Of a stretch of DNA of 64,000 bases, positions 11,000-22,903 are shown piece after piece. A model generated the notes under the pieces. The model did not search any database. It was not told where the DNA came from and was given only the letters and a program-made list of their open reading frames with translations. The stretch lies in the NCBI RefSeq assembly GCF_003334785.1, contig NZ_QOWV01000016.1, one strand, 5' to 3'. Position 1 is the first letter of the stretch. Each line of letters opens with the position of its first letter. The position numbers and the translations under genes are program-made. The DNA is from Escherichia coli (GTDB lineage: Bacteria > Pseudomonadota > Gammaproteobacteria > Enterobacterales > Enterobacteriaceae).

Positions 11000-11212
11000 T
11001 TACAGGCTGGTTACGTTACCAGCTGCCGGGCCTTTAGCGCCGCTTTCGATGGTGAAGGACACTTTCTGACCTTCGTCCAGAGATTTGTAACCATCGTTCT
11101 GGATAGCAGAGAAGTGTACGAACACATCTTTAGAGCCATCGTCAGGAGTGATGAAGCCGAAGCCTTTGTCAGCGTTGAACCATTTTACGATACCAGCCAT
11201 TTTACCGGACAT
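11000..11212 (-). CDS. cspA: Major cold-shock protein CspA (70 aa)
   Basis: [73 protein letters not shown]1/RNP2 motifs present. Confidence 0.97.
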   Translation of the reverse strand: MSGKMAGIVKWFNADKGFGFITPDDGSKDVFVHFSAIQNDGYKSLDEGQKVSFTIESGAKGPAAGNVTSL

Positions 11213-11371
11213 AGTGTATTACCTTTAATAATTAAGTGTGCCTTTCGGCGATATGGCGTGCTTTACAGATTTTGAAGCGTTAAAGGAATGTGCACTACGA
11301 GGGGTATCAACGATAACTCTTGAAGGGACTTGCCTTACTACACTGCTTTAATGGTCTGTACGTCAAACCGT
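11213..11371 (-). promoter_or_regulatory. cspA 159-nt 5' UTR (RNA thermosensor, contains the cold box)
   Basis: Reverse complement begins ACGGTTTGACGTACAGACCATTAAAGCAGTG..., which matches my recollection of the cspA mRNA 5' end including the cold-box TGACGTACAGA; length to the ATG is 159 nt. Confidence 0.75.
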
Positions 11372-11430
11372 TGATGTGCATTAAGCCACGCATTGGCGGG
11401 TGATGCAACAATTATTTTTCATATTTATGA
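11372..11430 (-). promoter_or_regulatory. cspA promoter (-35 TTGCAT, -10 CTTAAT, upstream AT-rich UP element)
   Basis: Minus strand: ataaatatgaaaaataaTTGCATcacccgccaatgcgtggCTTAATgcacatcaA(+1). Confidence 0.65.
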
Positions 11431-11492
11431 TTAATCGGTTGGAAAACGGTCCTGTCATCAGGACCGTAAACAGCAATAAAGTGGATAAAAGT

Positions 11493-11783
11493 CTATTCCA
11501 TCAACTGCTTACTTAATGCCGGGTTGGCTTGAATCAAACGCATCAATTTTAGTTCGGCACTTGAAGGCTTCACGCGTCTGGATTCCCATTCCTTTACCAT
11601 GGCGACTGATACGCCCAAAACCCGGGCGAAATCATCGATTTTTAATCCTGTCCCTTTTCGTAACTGCTCAATTTCGGTACAGGACGTTGTTCTGTGCGTC
11701 AGGGTAATTTTCTGCGTTTCATCTTTAAAAACAATCTGTTCCAGGCTGCTCAACAGCTCATGCATTGGATCTTTATATTCCAT
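11493..11783 (-). CDS. yiaG: XRE-family HTH transcriptional regulator YiaG (96 aa)
   Basis: MEYKDPMHELLSSLEQIVFKDETQ...LRKGTGLKIDDFARVLGVSVAMVKEWESRR: Cro/C1-type HTH. Confidence 0.85.
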   Translation of the reverse strand: MEYKDPMHELLSSLEQIVFKDETQKITLTHRTTSCTEIEQLRKGTGLKIDDFARVLGVSVAMVKEWESRRVKPSSAELKLMRLIQANPALSKQLME

Positions 11784-12216
11784 TGAAAACTCCTCAAATC
11801 ACACTGCGGGATCGTGAATTGCATCGAAGCTCATTAAGAATAGTCGGGAAAAGCAGACACAGCGGGGTGAAGTCAGGGCATGCTCTGGCTATGATTCGAT
11901 TCAGCCTGTCATTTAGCGTGACTTATAGCCACCTAACGATCTGATAAATGCCGATATATCTCTTACCACTCCTGTTTTGTAAAGATTTCGAAAATCTAAC
12001 CTTCTGCGAAGGCGTAAATCTCTGGCTACAAAAAAGGCAACGGCACTATCATTTTTTAACAATGAAACAACAAATTAACCTTGTTTCATTTTCTCCATGA
12101 TTTTACCAGGAAGATTACGTAGAAAGGGTATCCTGCAAGCCTGTCCTGGACTATCCTTGTCACGTCAGACACGCGTGTGTCGTTGTGCGCTTTTTTTGGG
12201 TGAAAGGAGTAAGAAA

Positions 12217-12927
12217 ATGGCGACAGGAAAGTCCTGCTCTCGCTGGTTTGCGCCTCTTGCGGCGTTATTAATGGTAGTTAGCCTGAGTGGGTGTTTTGAT
12301 AAAGAAGGCGATCAGCGTAAAGCGTTTATCGACTTCCTGCAGAATACAGTGATGCGTAGCGGTGAACGTCTACCAACCCTGACTGCCGATCAGAAAAAAC
12401 AGTTTGGTCCTTTTGTCTCTGATTACGCGATTCTGTATGGTTATTCTCAGCAGGTGAATCAGGCGATGGATTCCGGTCTGCGCCCGGTTGTAGACAGCGT
12501 TAACGCAATTCGCGTACCGCAGGATTACGTTACGCAAAGCGGTCCGCTGCGTGAAATGAACGGTTCGCTGGGTGTGCTGGCGCAACAACTGCAAAATGCG
12601 AAGTTGCAGGCCGATGCTGCGCACTCTGCGCTAAAACAGAGCGATGATTTGAAACCGGTCTTTGATCAGGCATTCACCAAAGTGGTAACGACGCCAGCTG
12701 ATGCATTGCAACCGTTGATTCCGGCGGCACAAACTTTCACGCAACAACTGGTGATGGTTGGAGACTACATTGCTCAGCAAGGTACTCAGGTGAGCTTTGT
12801 CGCAAATGGCATCCAGTTCCCGACTTCACAGCAGGCAAGTGAATATAACAAACTGATTGCGCCATTACCGGCACAGCATCAGGCGTTTAATCAGGCCTGG
12901 ACTACAGCAGTTACTGCAACCCAATAA
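12217..12927 (+). CDS. yiaF: Putative lipoprotein YiaF (236 aa)
   Basis: ORF 12097..12927; ATG at 12217 preceded by AGGAGT gives MATGKSCSRWFAPLAALLMVVSLSGC| with a lipobox. Confidence 0.8.
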   Translation: MATGKSCSRWFAPLAALLMVVSLSGCFDKEGDQRKAFIDFLQNTVMRSGERLPTLTADQKKQFGPFVSDYAILYGYSQQVNQAMDSGLRPVVDSVNAIRVPQDYVTQSGPLREMNGSLGVLAQQLQNAKLQADAAHSALKQSDDLKPVFDQAFTKVVTTPADALQPLIPAAQTFTQQLVMVGDYIAQQGTQVSFVANGIQFPTSQQASEYNKLIAPLPAQHQAFNQAWTTAVTATQ

Positions 12928-12932
12928 AGAGT

Positions 12933-12959
12933 AAAAGCCCGAGCGATTATCGGGCTTTA
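12933..12959. terminator. Bidirectional hairpin between convergent yiaF and ghrB
   Basis: aaaagcccgagcgattatcgggcttta: GC stem flanked by A-run and T-run. Confidence 0.6.
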
Positions 12960-12976
12960 CTCTACGCAGTCGCGGC

Positions 12977-13951
12977 TTAGTCCGCGACGTGCGGATTCAC
13001 ACAGTTCTTCTCAACCTTTCCTTGTAACGCATCAATCAAATTATCCACGGCACAGGCGGCCATGCCATAACGCGTCTCATGGGTGGCAGATCCAATATGC
13101 GGTACTGCGACGACGTTGGCCATTGAGAGCAACGGCGAATCTACGGACAGTGGCTCTTGTTCGAAGACATCCAGCCCGGCAGCGTGAATTTCGCCTTTCT
13201 GCAATGCTGCGATCAGTGCATTTTCGTCAACCACCGGGCCACGTCCGGCATTAATGAAAATGGCGGAGGATTTCATTTTGGCGAATTGTTCTGCGCCAAA
13301 CAGATGATGCGTCTCATCAGTTAACGGCAGGATCAGGCAAACGAAATCTGACTCTTGTAACAGAGTATCCAAATCGCAGTAGCGGGCGTTGAAGCGTTCT
13401 TCTGCTTCTTTATGGTGGCGGCGCGCGTTATAGAGGATGGGCATGTTGAAGCCAAAGTGCGCACGTTGTGCCAGCGCCATGCCGATCCGTCCCATCCCGA
13501 CAATGCCCAGTGTTTTATGGTGAACGTCAGTGCCGTACCAGTCCGGGCCTATGCTCGCGGTCCATTCGCCTGCTTTTACCCGTTCTGCTACCTCCACAAC
13601 CCGACGAGCGGTAGACAACACCAGCGCCATCAGCGTATCGGCGACGGTTTCTGTTAATACGGTTGGCGTGTGCATCAGCAGAATTTTTCGGGCGGTAAGC
13701 GCATCGACATCAAAATTGTCATAGCCGACGGAGATCGTTGATGTGGCACGCAGTTTCGGCATTTTTTCCAGCAATGCGGCATTTACATTCTCGTTTGAAC
13801 CCAGTAAACCTTCAGCTTCGGCAAAAATTGCTGCATTTTGTTCGACGGTTTGTGGGCTGAGGTTTGCCACCTGGTGAACGGTGAAATGCTCTTGCAGGCG
13901 TTGCAGTAAATCATCAGGTAAGGCTTTGTAGAGGATAACGGACGGCTTCAT
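12977..13951 (-). CDS. ghrB: Glyoxylate/hydroxypyruvate reductase B (2-ketoacid reductase), 324 aa
   Basis: ORF 12977..13963; start taken at [16 protein letters not shown]...; D-isomer 2-hydroxyacid dehydrogenase with NAD-binding GxGxxG (GIVGMGRIG). Confidence 0.9.
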   Translation of the reverse strand: MKPSVILYKALPDDLLQRLQEHFTVHQVANLSPQTVEQNAAIFAEAEGLLGSNENVNAALLEKMPKLRATSTISVGYDNFDVDALTARKILLMHTPTVLTETVADTLMALVLSTARRVVEVAERVKAGEWTASIGPDWYGTDVHHKTLGIVGMGRIGMALAQRAHFGFNMPILYNARRHHKEAEERFNARYCDLDTLLQESDFVCLILPLTDETHHLFGAEQFAKMKSSAIFINAGRGPVVDENALIAALQKGEIHAAGLDVFEQEPLSVDSPLLSMANVVAVPHIGSATHETRYGMAACAVDNLIDALQGKVEKNCVNPHVAD

Positions 13952-14054
13952 GCTTCTCTCCATTCACTGATAAGGCGATCACCTTAGCCTGAAATATGAT
14001 GAAGGAAAACTGAAGAATGCCAGGTGATTTCTGCATCACCTGGCATGAAAGGGA

Positions 14055-14714
14055 TTACAGCGGGCTTAAGGTAATTTCTACACGGCGGTTTTGCGCCTTA
14101 CCTTCTGCGGTGCTGTTGCTGGCGATTGGGTTAGCCGGGCCAAGGCCCTGAGTACGGATGCGGCTGGCGTCCACGCCCTGGGTGATCAACGCGCTGGCAA
14201 CGGAATCCGCACGTTGCTGGGAGAGACGCATGTTCAGGTCGTGACCACCCGTGCTGTCGGTATAACCAATCACGTTAACCGCCGTTTTCGGATACTCTTT
14301 CAGTACCATTGCCACGCCGGTCAGGGTGTTAGCGCCCGCCGGTTTCAGGGTCGCGCTGCTGCTGTCGAAGGTCACATTGTTCGGCATATTGAGGATAATG
14401 TTATCCCCGCTGCGGGTTACGCTAACACCAGTGCCGCGCATTTTGTCGCGCAGCTTCGCTTCCTGCACATCCATGTAATAACCAACGCCGCCGCCCAGAG
14501 CTGCGCCTGCTGCTGCGCCAATCAGCGCGCCTTTACCGCGATCTTTCTTCGAAGAAGAGAGCGCACCAATACCCGCGCCCACGAGAGAGCCCAGACCTGC
14601 GCCGATAGCAGATTTACCTGCTTCGCGTTCGCCGGTGTAAGGGTTAGTTGTGCAGCCAGATACCGCCAGAGCGCCACTCACTACGGCGGCAATAAGATAA
14701 ACACGTTTCTTCAT
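14055..14714 (-). CDS. yiaD: OmpA-domain outer-membrane lipoprotein YiaD (219 aa)
   Basis: MKKRVYLIAAVVSGALAVSGC| lipobox, Gly-rich linker, C-terminal OmpA-like peptidoglycan-binding domain (...NRRVEITLSPL). Confidence 0.85.
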   Translation of the reverse strand: MKKRVYLIAAVVSGALAVSGCTTNPYTGEREAGKSAIGAGLGSLVGAGIGALSSSKKDRGKGALIGAAAGAALGGGVGYYMDVQEAKLRDKMRGTGVSVTRSGDNIILNMPNNVTFDSSSATLKPAGANTLTGVAMVLKEYPKTAVNVIGYTDSTGGHDLNMRLSQQRADSVASALITQGVDASRIRTQGLGPANPIASNSTAEGKAQNRRVEITLSPL

Positions 14715-14866
14715 TGTTAATCCTTAATAACCTTTTTATTCTTTGCCACGGGTTCCGTGGCGGGAGATTATGCCGCGTGAACATGAAGATTATTCCTGGG
14801 AATACTCGGAAATTTGTAAGTAATATTTAACTGCTCAATACATCTAACCTTTCAGGAGTCTTCGGT

Positions 14867-17200
14867 TTGGCCAACTCATCCTCACGATATTCCGTTCTGA
14901 CTGCCGCCCATTGGGGGCCCATGCTGGTTGAAACCGACGGCGAAACCGTGTTTAGCTCGCGTGGCGCGTTAGCCACAGGAATGGAAAACTCCTTGCAGAG
15001 CGCGGTTCGCGACCAGGTTCACAGCAATACGCGGGTACGATTTCCAATGGTGCGAAAAGGCTTTCTTGCGTCACCGGAAAACCCGCAAGGCATTCGTGGG
15101 CAGGATGAATTTGTTCGCGTGAGTTGGGATGAGGCGCTGGATCTTATTCACCAACAACATAAACGCATTCGTGAGGCTTATGGTCCGGCATCGATTTTTG
15201 CTGGTTCCTACGGCTGGCGTTCAAACGGCGTGCTGCATAAGGCCTCGACATTATTACAACGCTATATGGCGCTGGCAGGCGGTTATACCGGGCATCTGGG
15301 GGATTATTCGACCGGCGCGGCACAGGCGATCATGCCGTATGTCGTGGGTGGTAGTGAAGTTTATCAACAGCAGACCAGTTGGCCGCTGGTGCTGGAACAT
15401 AGCGATGTCGTGGTGCTGTGGAGTGCTAACCCACTCAATACGCTGAAAATTGCGTGGAATGCATCCGATGAGCAGGGGCTTTCTTACTTTTCTGCACTGC
15501 GTGACAGCGGGAAAAAGCTGATCTGCATTGATCCAATGCGATCGGAAACCGTCGATTTCTTTGGCGATAAAATGGAGTGGGTGGCACCGCACATGGGCAC
15601 CGATGTTGCGCTGATGCTGGGGATCGCCCATACGCTGGTGGAAAATGGTTGGCACGACGAAGCGTTTCTGGCGCGTTGCACCACAGGTTATGCCGTCTTC
15701 GCCTCTTATTTGCTGGGCGAGAGTGACGGAATAGCGAAAACCGCCGAATGGGCAGCAGAGATTTGTGGTGTTGGCGCAGCGAAAATCCGCGAGCTGGCGG
15801 CTATTTTCCACCAAAATACCACCATGCTGATGGCAGGCTGGGGAATGCAGCGCCAACAGTTTGGTGAGCAAAAACACTGGATGATCGTCACGCTGGCAGC
15901 AATGTTGGGGCAAATCGGCACACCCGGCGGCGGTTTTGGTCTTTCTTACCATTTTGCCAATGGTGGTAACCCCACGCGGCGTTCTGCGGTGCTCTCTTCC
16001 ATGCAGGGCAGCTTGCCGGGTGGCTGCGATGCGGTGGATAAAATCCCTGTTGCCCGCATTGTTGAAGCACTGGAAAACCCTGGTGGCGCATATCAACACA
16101 ACGGTATGAACCGACATTTCCCGGATATTCGTTTTATCTGGTGGGCGGGCGGTGCCAACTTTACTCATCATCAGGATACCAATCGCCTGATCCGTGCCTG
16201 GCAAAAACCGGAGCTGGTGGTGATCTCTGAATGCTTCTGGACGGCGGCGGCAAAACACGCGGATATCGTTCTGCCTGCGACTACCTCTTTTGAGCGTAAT
16301 GATCTCACCATGACCGGTGATTACAGTAATCAGCATCTGGTGCCGATGAAGCAAGTGGTGCCGCCACGCTATGAAGCGCGTAATGATTTTGATGTTTTTG
16401 CCGAGTTAAGTGAACGCTGGGAGAAGGGCGGTTATGCACGTTTTACGGAAGGAAAAAGTGAGCTGCAATGGCTGGAAACGTTTTATAACGTTGCCCGACA
16501 GCGCGGGGCAAGCCAGCAGGTTGAATTGCCGCCATTTGCTGAGTTCTGGCAAGCCAACCAGTTAATTGAGATGCCGGAAAACCCGGACAGCGAGCGGTTT
16601 ATTCGCTTCGCTGATTTTTGCCGCGATCCGCTGGCGCATCCGTTAAAAACCGCCAGCGGCAAGATTGAAATCTTCTCACAGCGTATTGCCGATTACGGTT
16701 ACCCGGATTGCCCTGGGCATCCAATGTGGCTGGAGCCGGACGAATGGCAGGGCAATGCCGAACCAGAACAGTTGCAGGTACTTTCTGCCCATCCGGCGCA
16801 CCGCCTGCACAGCCAGCTGAATTACAGTTCTCTGCGCGAATTGTACGCGGTGGCAAATCGTGAGCCTGTCACCATTCATCCTGACGATGCCCAGGAGCGC
16901 GGCATACAAGATGGCGATACTGTTCGGTTGTGGAACGCACGCGGGCAAATTCTTGCCGGAGCGGTCATTAGCGAGGGAATTAAACCTGGCGTGATTTGCA
17001 TTCACGAAGGGGCATGGCCGGATCTGGATTTAACCGCTGACGGTATTTGTAAAAACGGCGCAGTGAACGTGCTGACCAAAGATCTCCCCAGCTCGCGGCT
17101 GGGGAATGGCTGTGCGGGTAATACGGCGCTGGCATGGCTGGAAAAATACAACGGTCCGGAACTGACACTTACAGCGTTTGAACCACCGGCCAGCTCATAA
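14867..17200 (+). CDS. bisC: Biotin sulfoxide reductase (molybdopterin oxidoreductase), 777 aa
   Basis: [29 protein letters not shown]...; TTG start codon at 14867; DMSO-reductase-family length and motifs. Confidence 0.9.
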
Positions 17201-17609
17201 TCCATGTGGGTAGTTGGGTTTCATCCTGCCATGCGCAATCGACAATGTGAAAACCCTGTGCCTGGTAAAAATTTATCGCCGGTTGATTTTTTTGATAAAC
17301 CTCCAGCATCAGGTGGGGATGGCGCTGCTGCACATACTGCATCAGCGCCTTACCAATACCGCGCCTGACGGCCTTCGGTGCGACAAACATCGCTGCCAGA
17401 AATCGGCCTTCCATAATGCTGACAAAACCGAGAAGCTTACCGTCTTCTTCCCAGACCCAGTTTTGCGCGTTGGCAAGATAGGCATCCCGCACCAGCGGAA
17501 TGCAGTCACGCCAGTAATTCGCTTTTATAAAGGGATGCCCCCAGGTTGTACTTTCCAGCCACAGTTCGAGGATCGCGGGGAGTTCTGAACGTTGCGCTTC
17601 CCGAATCAT
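17169..17609 (-). CDS. yiaC: GNAT-family N-acetyltransferase YiaC (146 aa)
   Basis: [21 protein letters not shown]...[12 protein letters not shown]... acetyl-CoA-binding motif; its 3' end overlaps the bisC 3' end by 32 bp (convergent). Confidence 0.85.
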   Translation of the reverse strand: MIREAQRSELPAILELWLESTTWGHPFIKANYWRDCIPLVRDAYLANAQNWVWEEDGKLLGFVSIMEGRFLAAMFVAPKAVRRGIGKALMQYVQQRHPHLMLEVYQKNQPAINFYQAQGFHIVDCAWQDETQLPTWIMSWPVVQTL

Positions 17610-18169
17610 GGTTTATTTCCCGGATAGCAACAGCAGCCAACCACATGATCATTCACCAGCCCACATGCCTGCATAAAGGAGTAACAGATTGTGGTGCCGA
17701 CAAACTTAAAACCACGTTTTTTCAGTGCCTTAGATAGGGCGTCGGAGGCGGACGTAGATGTGGGAATTTCGCTCAACGTTGTGGCTTGTGTCACCTGTGG
17801 CTGATGATTTACAAACGACCAGACAAAGTCGACAAACGGTTCGCCGTTCTGTTCCATTTGCAGGTACGCCCGCGCATTACCAATAATTGCCTGAATTTTC
17901 CCTCGATGGCGGATAATCCCGGCGTCCTGTACCAGTCTTTCGACATCCTCTTCCTGCATTGCTGCGACCTTCACCGGATCGAACTGATGAAAGCAGGCGC
18001 GATAGTTTTCGCGTTTTTTGAGGACGGTGATCCACGATAATCCAGCCTGCTGCCCTTCAAGGCAGATCATTTCGAACAGTTTTTTACTGTCAGTTTCAGG
18101 CACGCCCCACTCATTATCATGGTAGGCAATATAAAGCGGGTCCTGACTCACCCAGCCGCAACGTTCCAT
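17606..18169 (-). CDS. tag: DNA-3-methyladenine glycosylase I (187 aa)
   Basis: ORF 17606..18406; start taken at MERCGWVSQDPLYIAYHDNEWGVPETDSKKLFEMICLEGQQAGLSW... with C-terminal Zn-binding Cys cluster; stop overlaps the yiaC start (ATGA). Confidence 0.9.
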   Translation of the reverse strand: MERCGWVSQDPLYIAYHDNEWGVPETDSKKLFEMICLEGQQAGLSWITVLKKRENYRACFHQFDPVKVAAMQEEDVERLVQDAGIIRHRGKIQAIIGNARAYLQMEQNGEPFVDFVWSFVNHQPQVTQATTLSEIPTSTSASDALSKALKKRGFKFVGTTICYSFMQACGLVNDHVVGCCCYPGNKP

Positions 18170-18326
18170 ACTTTCCCTCGCTATGTACCCGATCGTAAAA
18201 ATTTCAGCCGCTTTTCTTGACGCATCGGTGAAAAAGTCAATATTTAATACAGGGCTACTATGCCCGATATCCTTCATACAATGACAATAATATTGCCGAA
18301 TTCGGCTCTTCCCTGGAGTCGTGTTA

Positions 18327-19025
18327 ATGATCATAAAAAAAAGCGGTGGTCGCTGGCAGCTAAGCCTGCTGGCGAGCGTGGTAATCAGTGCCTTTTTTCT
18401 CAACACAGCTTACGCCTGGCAACAAGAATATATCGTTGATACGCAACCCGGACTTTCCACAGAGCGTTACACCTGGGATAGTGATCATCAACCTGATTAC
18501 AACGATATTTTGTCGCAACGTATTCAAAGTAGCCAAAGGGCGCTGGGACTGGAAGTCAATCTGGCGGAAGAAACCCCTGTGGATGTGACCAGCAGTATGA
18601 GTATGGGCTGGAATTTTCCTTTATATGAACAGGTTACAACCGGCCCGGTCGCGGCATTACATTACGATGGCACAACCACCTCGATGTATAACGAGTTTGG
18701 CGACAGTACTACCACGCTGACCGATCCGTTATGGCATGCCAGCGTGAGTACCTTAGGCTGGCGTGTTGACTCCCGGCTTGGCGATCTCCGACCCTGGGCG
18801 CAAATCAGCTATAACCAGCAATTTGGCGAGAATATCTGGAAGGCGCAATCAGGCCTGAGCCGGATGACGGCGACAAACCAGAACGGCAACTGGCTGGATG
18901 TCACCGTAGGCGCTGATATGTTGCTCAATCAAAATATTGCCGCCTATGCCGCGCTAACTCAGGCAGAAAATACCACTAATAATAGCGACTATCTGTATAC
19001 GATGGGGGTTAGCGCCAGATTTTAA
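18327..19025 (+). CDS. yhjY: Uncharacterized protein YhjY (autotransporter beta-domain-like), about 232 aa
   Basis: ORF 18321..19025 (MLMIIKKSGGRWQLSLLASVVISAFFLNTAYA...); signal peptide and beta-rich C-terminus ending ...GVSARF (typical C-terminal aromatic). Start at the third codon assumed. Confidence 0.75.
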   Translation: MIIKKSGGRWQLSLLASVVISAFFLNTAYAWQQEYIVDTQPGLSTERYTWDSDHQPDYNDILSQRIQSSQRALGLEVNLAEETPVDVTSSMSMGWNFPLYEQVTTGPVAALHYDGTTTSMYNEFGDSTTTLTDPLWHASVSTLGWRVDSRLGDLRPWAQISYNQQFGENIWKAQSGLSRMTATNQNGNWLDVTVGADMLLNQNIAAYAALTQAENTTNNSDYLYTMGVSARF

Positions 19026-19139
19026 CGTAACAGTCACAATTGAAACCATTAAATAACAATAGTTGTGGCGATAGTGGGTGCTAACTTACCAAATAATAAA
19101 TTTGGTGAATAATTGTCGCGTCATTCATTCCTGAACTAA

Positions 19140-19170
19140 GGCATTTCATTCCGTTCTGATGGCATTTCAT
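19140..19170 (+). promoter_or_regulatory. Direct repeat GGCATTTCAT-N11-GGCATTTCAT in the yhjX promoter (YpdB/LytTR-type response-regulator site)
   Basis: Two exact 10-bp copies separated by 11 bp, about 85 bp upstream of the yhjX ATG; matches the YpdB binding-site architecture as I recall it. Confidence 0.6.
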
Positions 19171-19253
19171 GCCGTTTTTCCCCAGGCATAAAGTGCACTT
19201 CGTTATGGTTGTCGGCAGAGATTTTTCCTTTTTATTACTGCAGGAATACTGCC

Positions 19254-20462
19254 ATGACACCTTCAAATTATCAGCGTACCCGCTGGCTGACACTCATCGG
19301 TACTATCATTACCCAGTTTGCGCTGGGGTCGGTTTATACCTGGAGCCTGTTTAATGGCGCGCTTTCCGCCAAGCTGGATGCGCCGGTAAGCCAGGTCGCT
19401 TTCTCTTTCGGCTTGTTAAGTCTGGGGCTGGCAATTTCGTCTTCTGTTGCGGGCAAATTACAGGAACGTTTTGGCGTTAAACGCGTCACCATGGCTTCCG
19501 GCATTTTGCTGGGATTAGGCTTCTTCCTGACAGCGCATTCTGACAACCTGATGATGCTGTGGTTAAGCGCCGGTGTGCTGGTGGGACTGGCAGATGGCGC
19601 GGGTTATCTGCTGACGCTCTCTAACTGTGTGAAGTGGTTCCCGGAGCGTAAAGGTCTGATCTCCGCGTTCGCTATCGGTTCTTATGGTCTGGGTAGCCTG
19701 GGTTTCAAATTTATCGACACGCAGCTGCTGGAAACGGTCGGTCTGGAAAAAACCTTTGTGATTTGGGGAGCGATTGCGCTGTTGATGATTGTTTTCGGCG
19801 CAACGTTAATGAAAGACGCACCAAAACAGGAAGTGAAAACCAGCAATGGTGTGGTGGAGAAAGATTACACGCTGGCAGAGTCGATGCGTAAACCGCAGTA
19901 CTGGATGTTAGCGGTAATGTTCCTGACCGCCTGCATGAGCGGCCTGTACGTGATTGGGGTAGCGAAAGATATCGCCCAAAGTCTGGCACACCTTGATGTG
20001 GTTTCCGCAGCCAATGCAGTCACTGTTATTTCCATCGCCAACCTTTCAGGTCGTCTGGTGCTGGGTATTCTGTCTGACAAAATCGCCCGTATCCGTGTTA
20101 TTACCATTGGTCAGGTGATATCGCTGGTGGGTATGGCGGCCCTGCTGTTTGCACCATTGAATGCAGTGACGTTCTTTGCAGCGATTGCCTGCGTGGCATT
20201 TAACTTTGGCGGCACTATTACCGTCTTTCCGTCACTGGTCAGTGAGTTCTTTGGCCTCAATAACCTGGCGAAAAACTACGGTGTGATTTATCTCGGTTTC
20301 GGTATCGGTAGCATTTGTGGTTCGATTATCGCCTCACTGTTTGGCGGCTTCTATGTGACCTTCTACGTGATTTTCGCCCTGCTGATTCTGTCATTGGCGC
20401 TTTCTACGACGATTCGTCAGCCAGAGCAGAAAATGTTGCGTGAGGCGCATGGCTCCCTTTAA
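19254..20462 (+). CDS. yhjX: MFS transporter YhjX (oxalate/formate antiporter family), 402 aa
   Basis: ORF 19209..20462; start at MTPSNYQRTRWLTLIGTIITQFALGSVYTWS...; 12 predicted TM segments. Confidence 0.9.
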   Translation: MTPSNYQRTRWLTLIGTIITQFALGSVYTWSLFNGALSAKLDAPVSQVAFSFGLLSLGLAISSSVAGKLQERFGVKRVTMASGILLGLGFFLTAHSDNLMMLWLSAGVLVGLADGAGYLLTLSNCVKWFPERKGLISAFAIGSYGLGSLGFKFIDTQLLETVGLEKTFVIWGAIALLMIVFGATLMKDAPKQEVKTSNGVVEKDYTLAESMRKPQYWMLAVMFLTACMSGLYVIGVAKDIAQSLAHLDVVSAANAVTVISIANLSGRLVLGILSDKIARIRVITIGQVISLVGMAALLFAPLNAVTFFAAIACVAFNFGGTITVFPSLVSEFFGLNNLAKNYGVIYLGFGIGSICGSIIASLFGGFYVTFYVIFALLILSLALSTTIRQPEQKMLREAHGSL

Positions 20463-20785
20463 TGCTCAGCCGCGAGCTACTGGGCTTCAGCTTCCGTGTG
20501 CATCAAACGCATCAACGAAATGTATAAACAATGACTCGTAAAATTTGGGCCAATTAACTGGCCCTTTTTACTGCTTTTTGTAACGCTAAAGTCTCTTTTC
20601 AAACTTGCATTTTTGTAAATTTGTGCTTCATGCACACTCTTTCCCCACACTTTTTCCCTTTGCTGTGGTCTACTTATTCGCGCGTGTAGATTTTACTTAT
20701 CTGACTACCTCCGCACTTTTTCCCTGCCGGGCCTGAAAAGCCACTAAGCAGGGTGTTATCACCTGTTTGTCCAGGGTTTGTTTGC

Positions 20786-22477
20786 ATGAGATACATCAAA
20801 TCGATTACACAGCAGAAGCTGAGCTTTTTGCTTGCAATCTATATTGGCCTTTTTATGAATGGCGCGGTTTTTTACCGCCGCTTCGGCAGCTATGCGCACG
20901 ATTTTACCGTCTGGAAAGGCATTTCTGCTGTTGTTGAACTGGCCGCCACCGTACTGGTGACCTTCTTTTTACTACGTCTTCTTTCGCTGTTTGGCCGCCG
21001 CAGCTGGCGTATTCTGGCATCGCTGGTGGTGCTCTTTTCCGCAGGTGCCAGCTATTACATGACCTTCCTTAATGTGGTCATTGGTTATGGCATCATCGCT
21101 TCCGTCATGACCACCGATATCGACCTGTCAAAAGAAGTTGTTGGTCTGAACTTTATTCTCTGGTTAATCGCCGTTAGTGCATTGCCTCTTATCCTTATCT
21201 GGAATAACCGCTGTCGCTACACCTTGCTCCGACAACTGCGAACCCCAGGGCAGCGTATTCGCAGCCTGGCGGTCGTCGTACTGGCGGGTATTATGGTTTG
21301 GGCACCGATTCGTTTGCTGGATATCCAGCAGAAGAAAGTGGAGAGGGCGACCGGCGTTGATTTGCCGAGTTATGGCGGTGTCGTAGCGAACTCTTATCTG
21401 CCATCAAACTGGCTTTCTGCGTTGGGGCTGTATGCCTGGGCGCGGGTCGATGAATCTTCCGATAATAATTCATTGCTTAATCCGGCGAAGAAATTCACTT
21501 ATCAGGCACCGCAAAACGTTGATGACACTTATGTCGTGTTTATCATCGGTGAAACCACGCGTTGGGACCATATGGGTATTTTCGGCTATGAGCGTAATAC
21601 CACGCCGAAACTGGCCCAGGAGAAAAATCTGGCGGCGTTCCGTGGTTACTCCTGTGATACCGCAACCAAACTCTCACTGCGTTGCATGTTTGTACGTCAG
21701 GGGGGCGCGGAAGATAATCCGCAGCGCACATTAAAAGAACAGAACATTTTCGCGGTTCTGAAGCAGTTAGGATTCAGTTCTGACCTCTACGCTATGCAGA
21801 GCGAAATGTGGTTCTACAGCAACACGATGGCGGACAACATTGCTTATCGTGAGCAGATTGGTGCGGAGCCACGTAATCGTGGCAAGCCGGTAGATGATAT
21901 GTTGCTGGTAGACGAAATGCAGCAATCGCTAGGGCGCAACCCGGATGGTAAGCATCTGATCATTCTGCATACCAAAGGTTCGCATTTTAACTACACCCAG
22001 CGTTATCCGCGTAGCTTCGCGCAGTGGAAGCCGGAATGTATTGGTGTTGATAGCGGCTGTACCAAAGCGCAGATGATCAACTCCTATGACAACTCGGTGA
22101 CCTATGTGGATCACTTTATCTCCAGCGTGATTGATCAGGTTCGCGATAAGAAAGCGATTGTGTTCTACGCAGCTGACCACGGTGAGTCAATTAATGAACG
22201 CGAGCACCTGCACGGCACGCCGCGTGAACTGGCACCGCCGGAGCAGTTCCGCGTACCGATGATGGTCTGGATGTCAGATAAATATCTGGAAAATCCGGCC
22301 AATGCGCAGGCGTTTGCGCAGCTGAAAAAAGAAGCCGACATGAAAGTGCCACGCCGTCACGTAGAGCTGTACGATACCATCATGGGTTGTCTTGGCTATA
22401 CTTCACCGGATGGTGGAATTAACGAAAACAACAACTGGTGTCACATCCCGCAGGCAAAAGAGGCAGCGGCTAACTAA
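20786..22477 (+). CDS. eptB: Kdo2-lipid A phosphoethanolamine transferase EptB (563 aa)
   Basis: ORF 20753..22477; start at [21 protein letters not shown]...; N-terminal TM domain plus C-terminal sulfatase-like domain. Confidence 0.9.
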
Positions 22478-22568
22478 GCGGCCTGCTGACTTTCTCGCCG
22501 ATCAAAAGGCATTTTGCTATTAAGGGATTGACGAGGGCGTATCTGCGCAGTAAGATGCGCCCCGCATT

Positions 22569-22902
<334 letters not shown>

Positions 22903-22903
22903 C

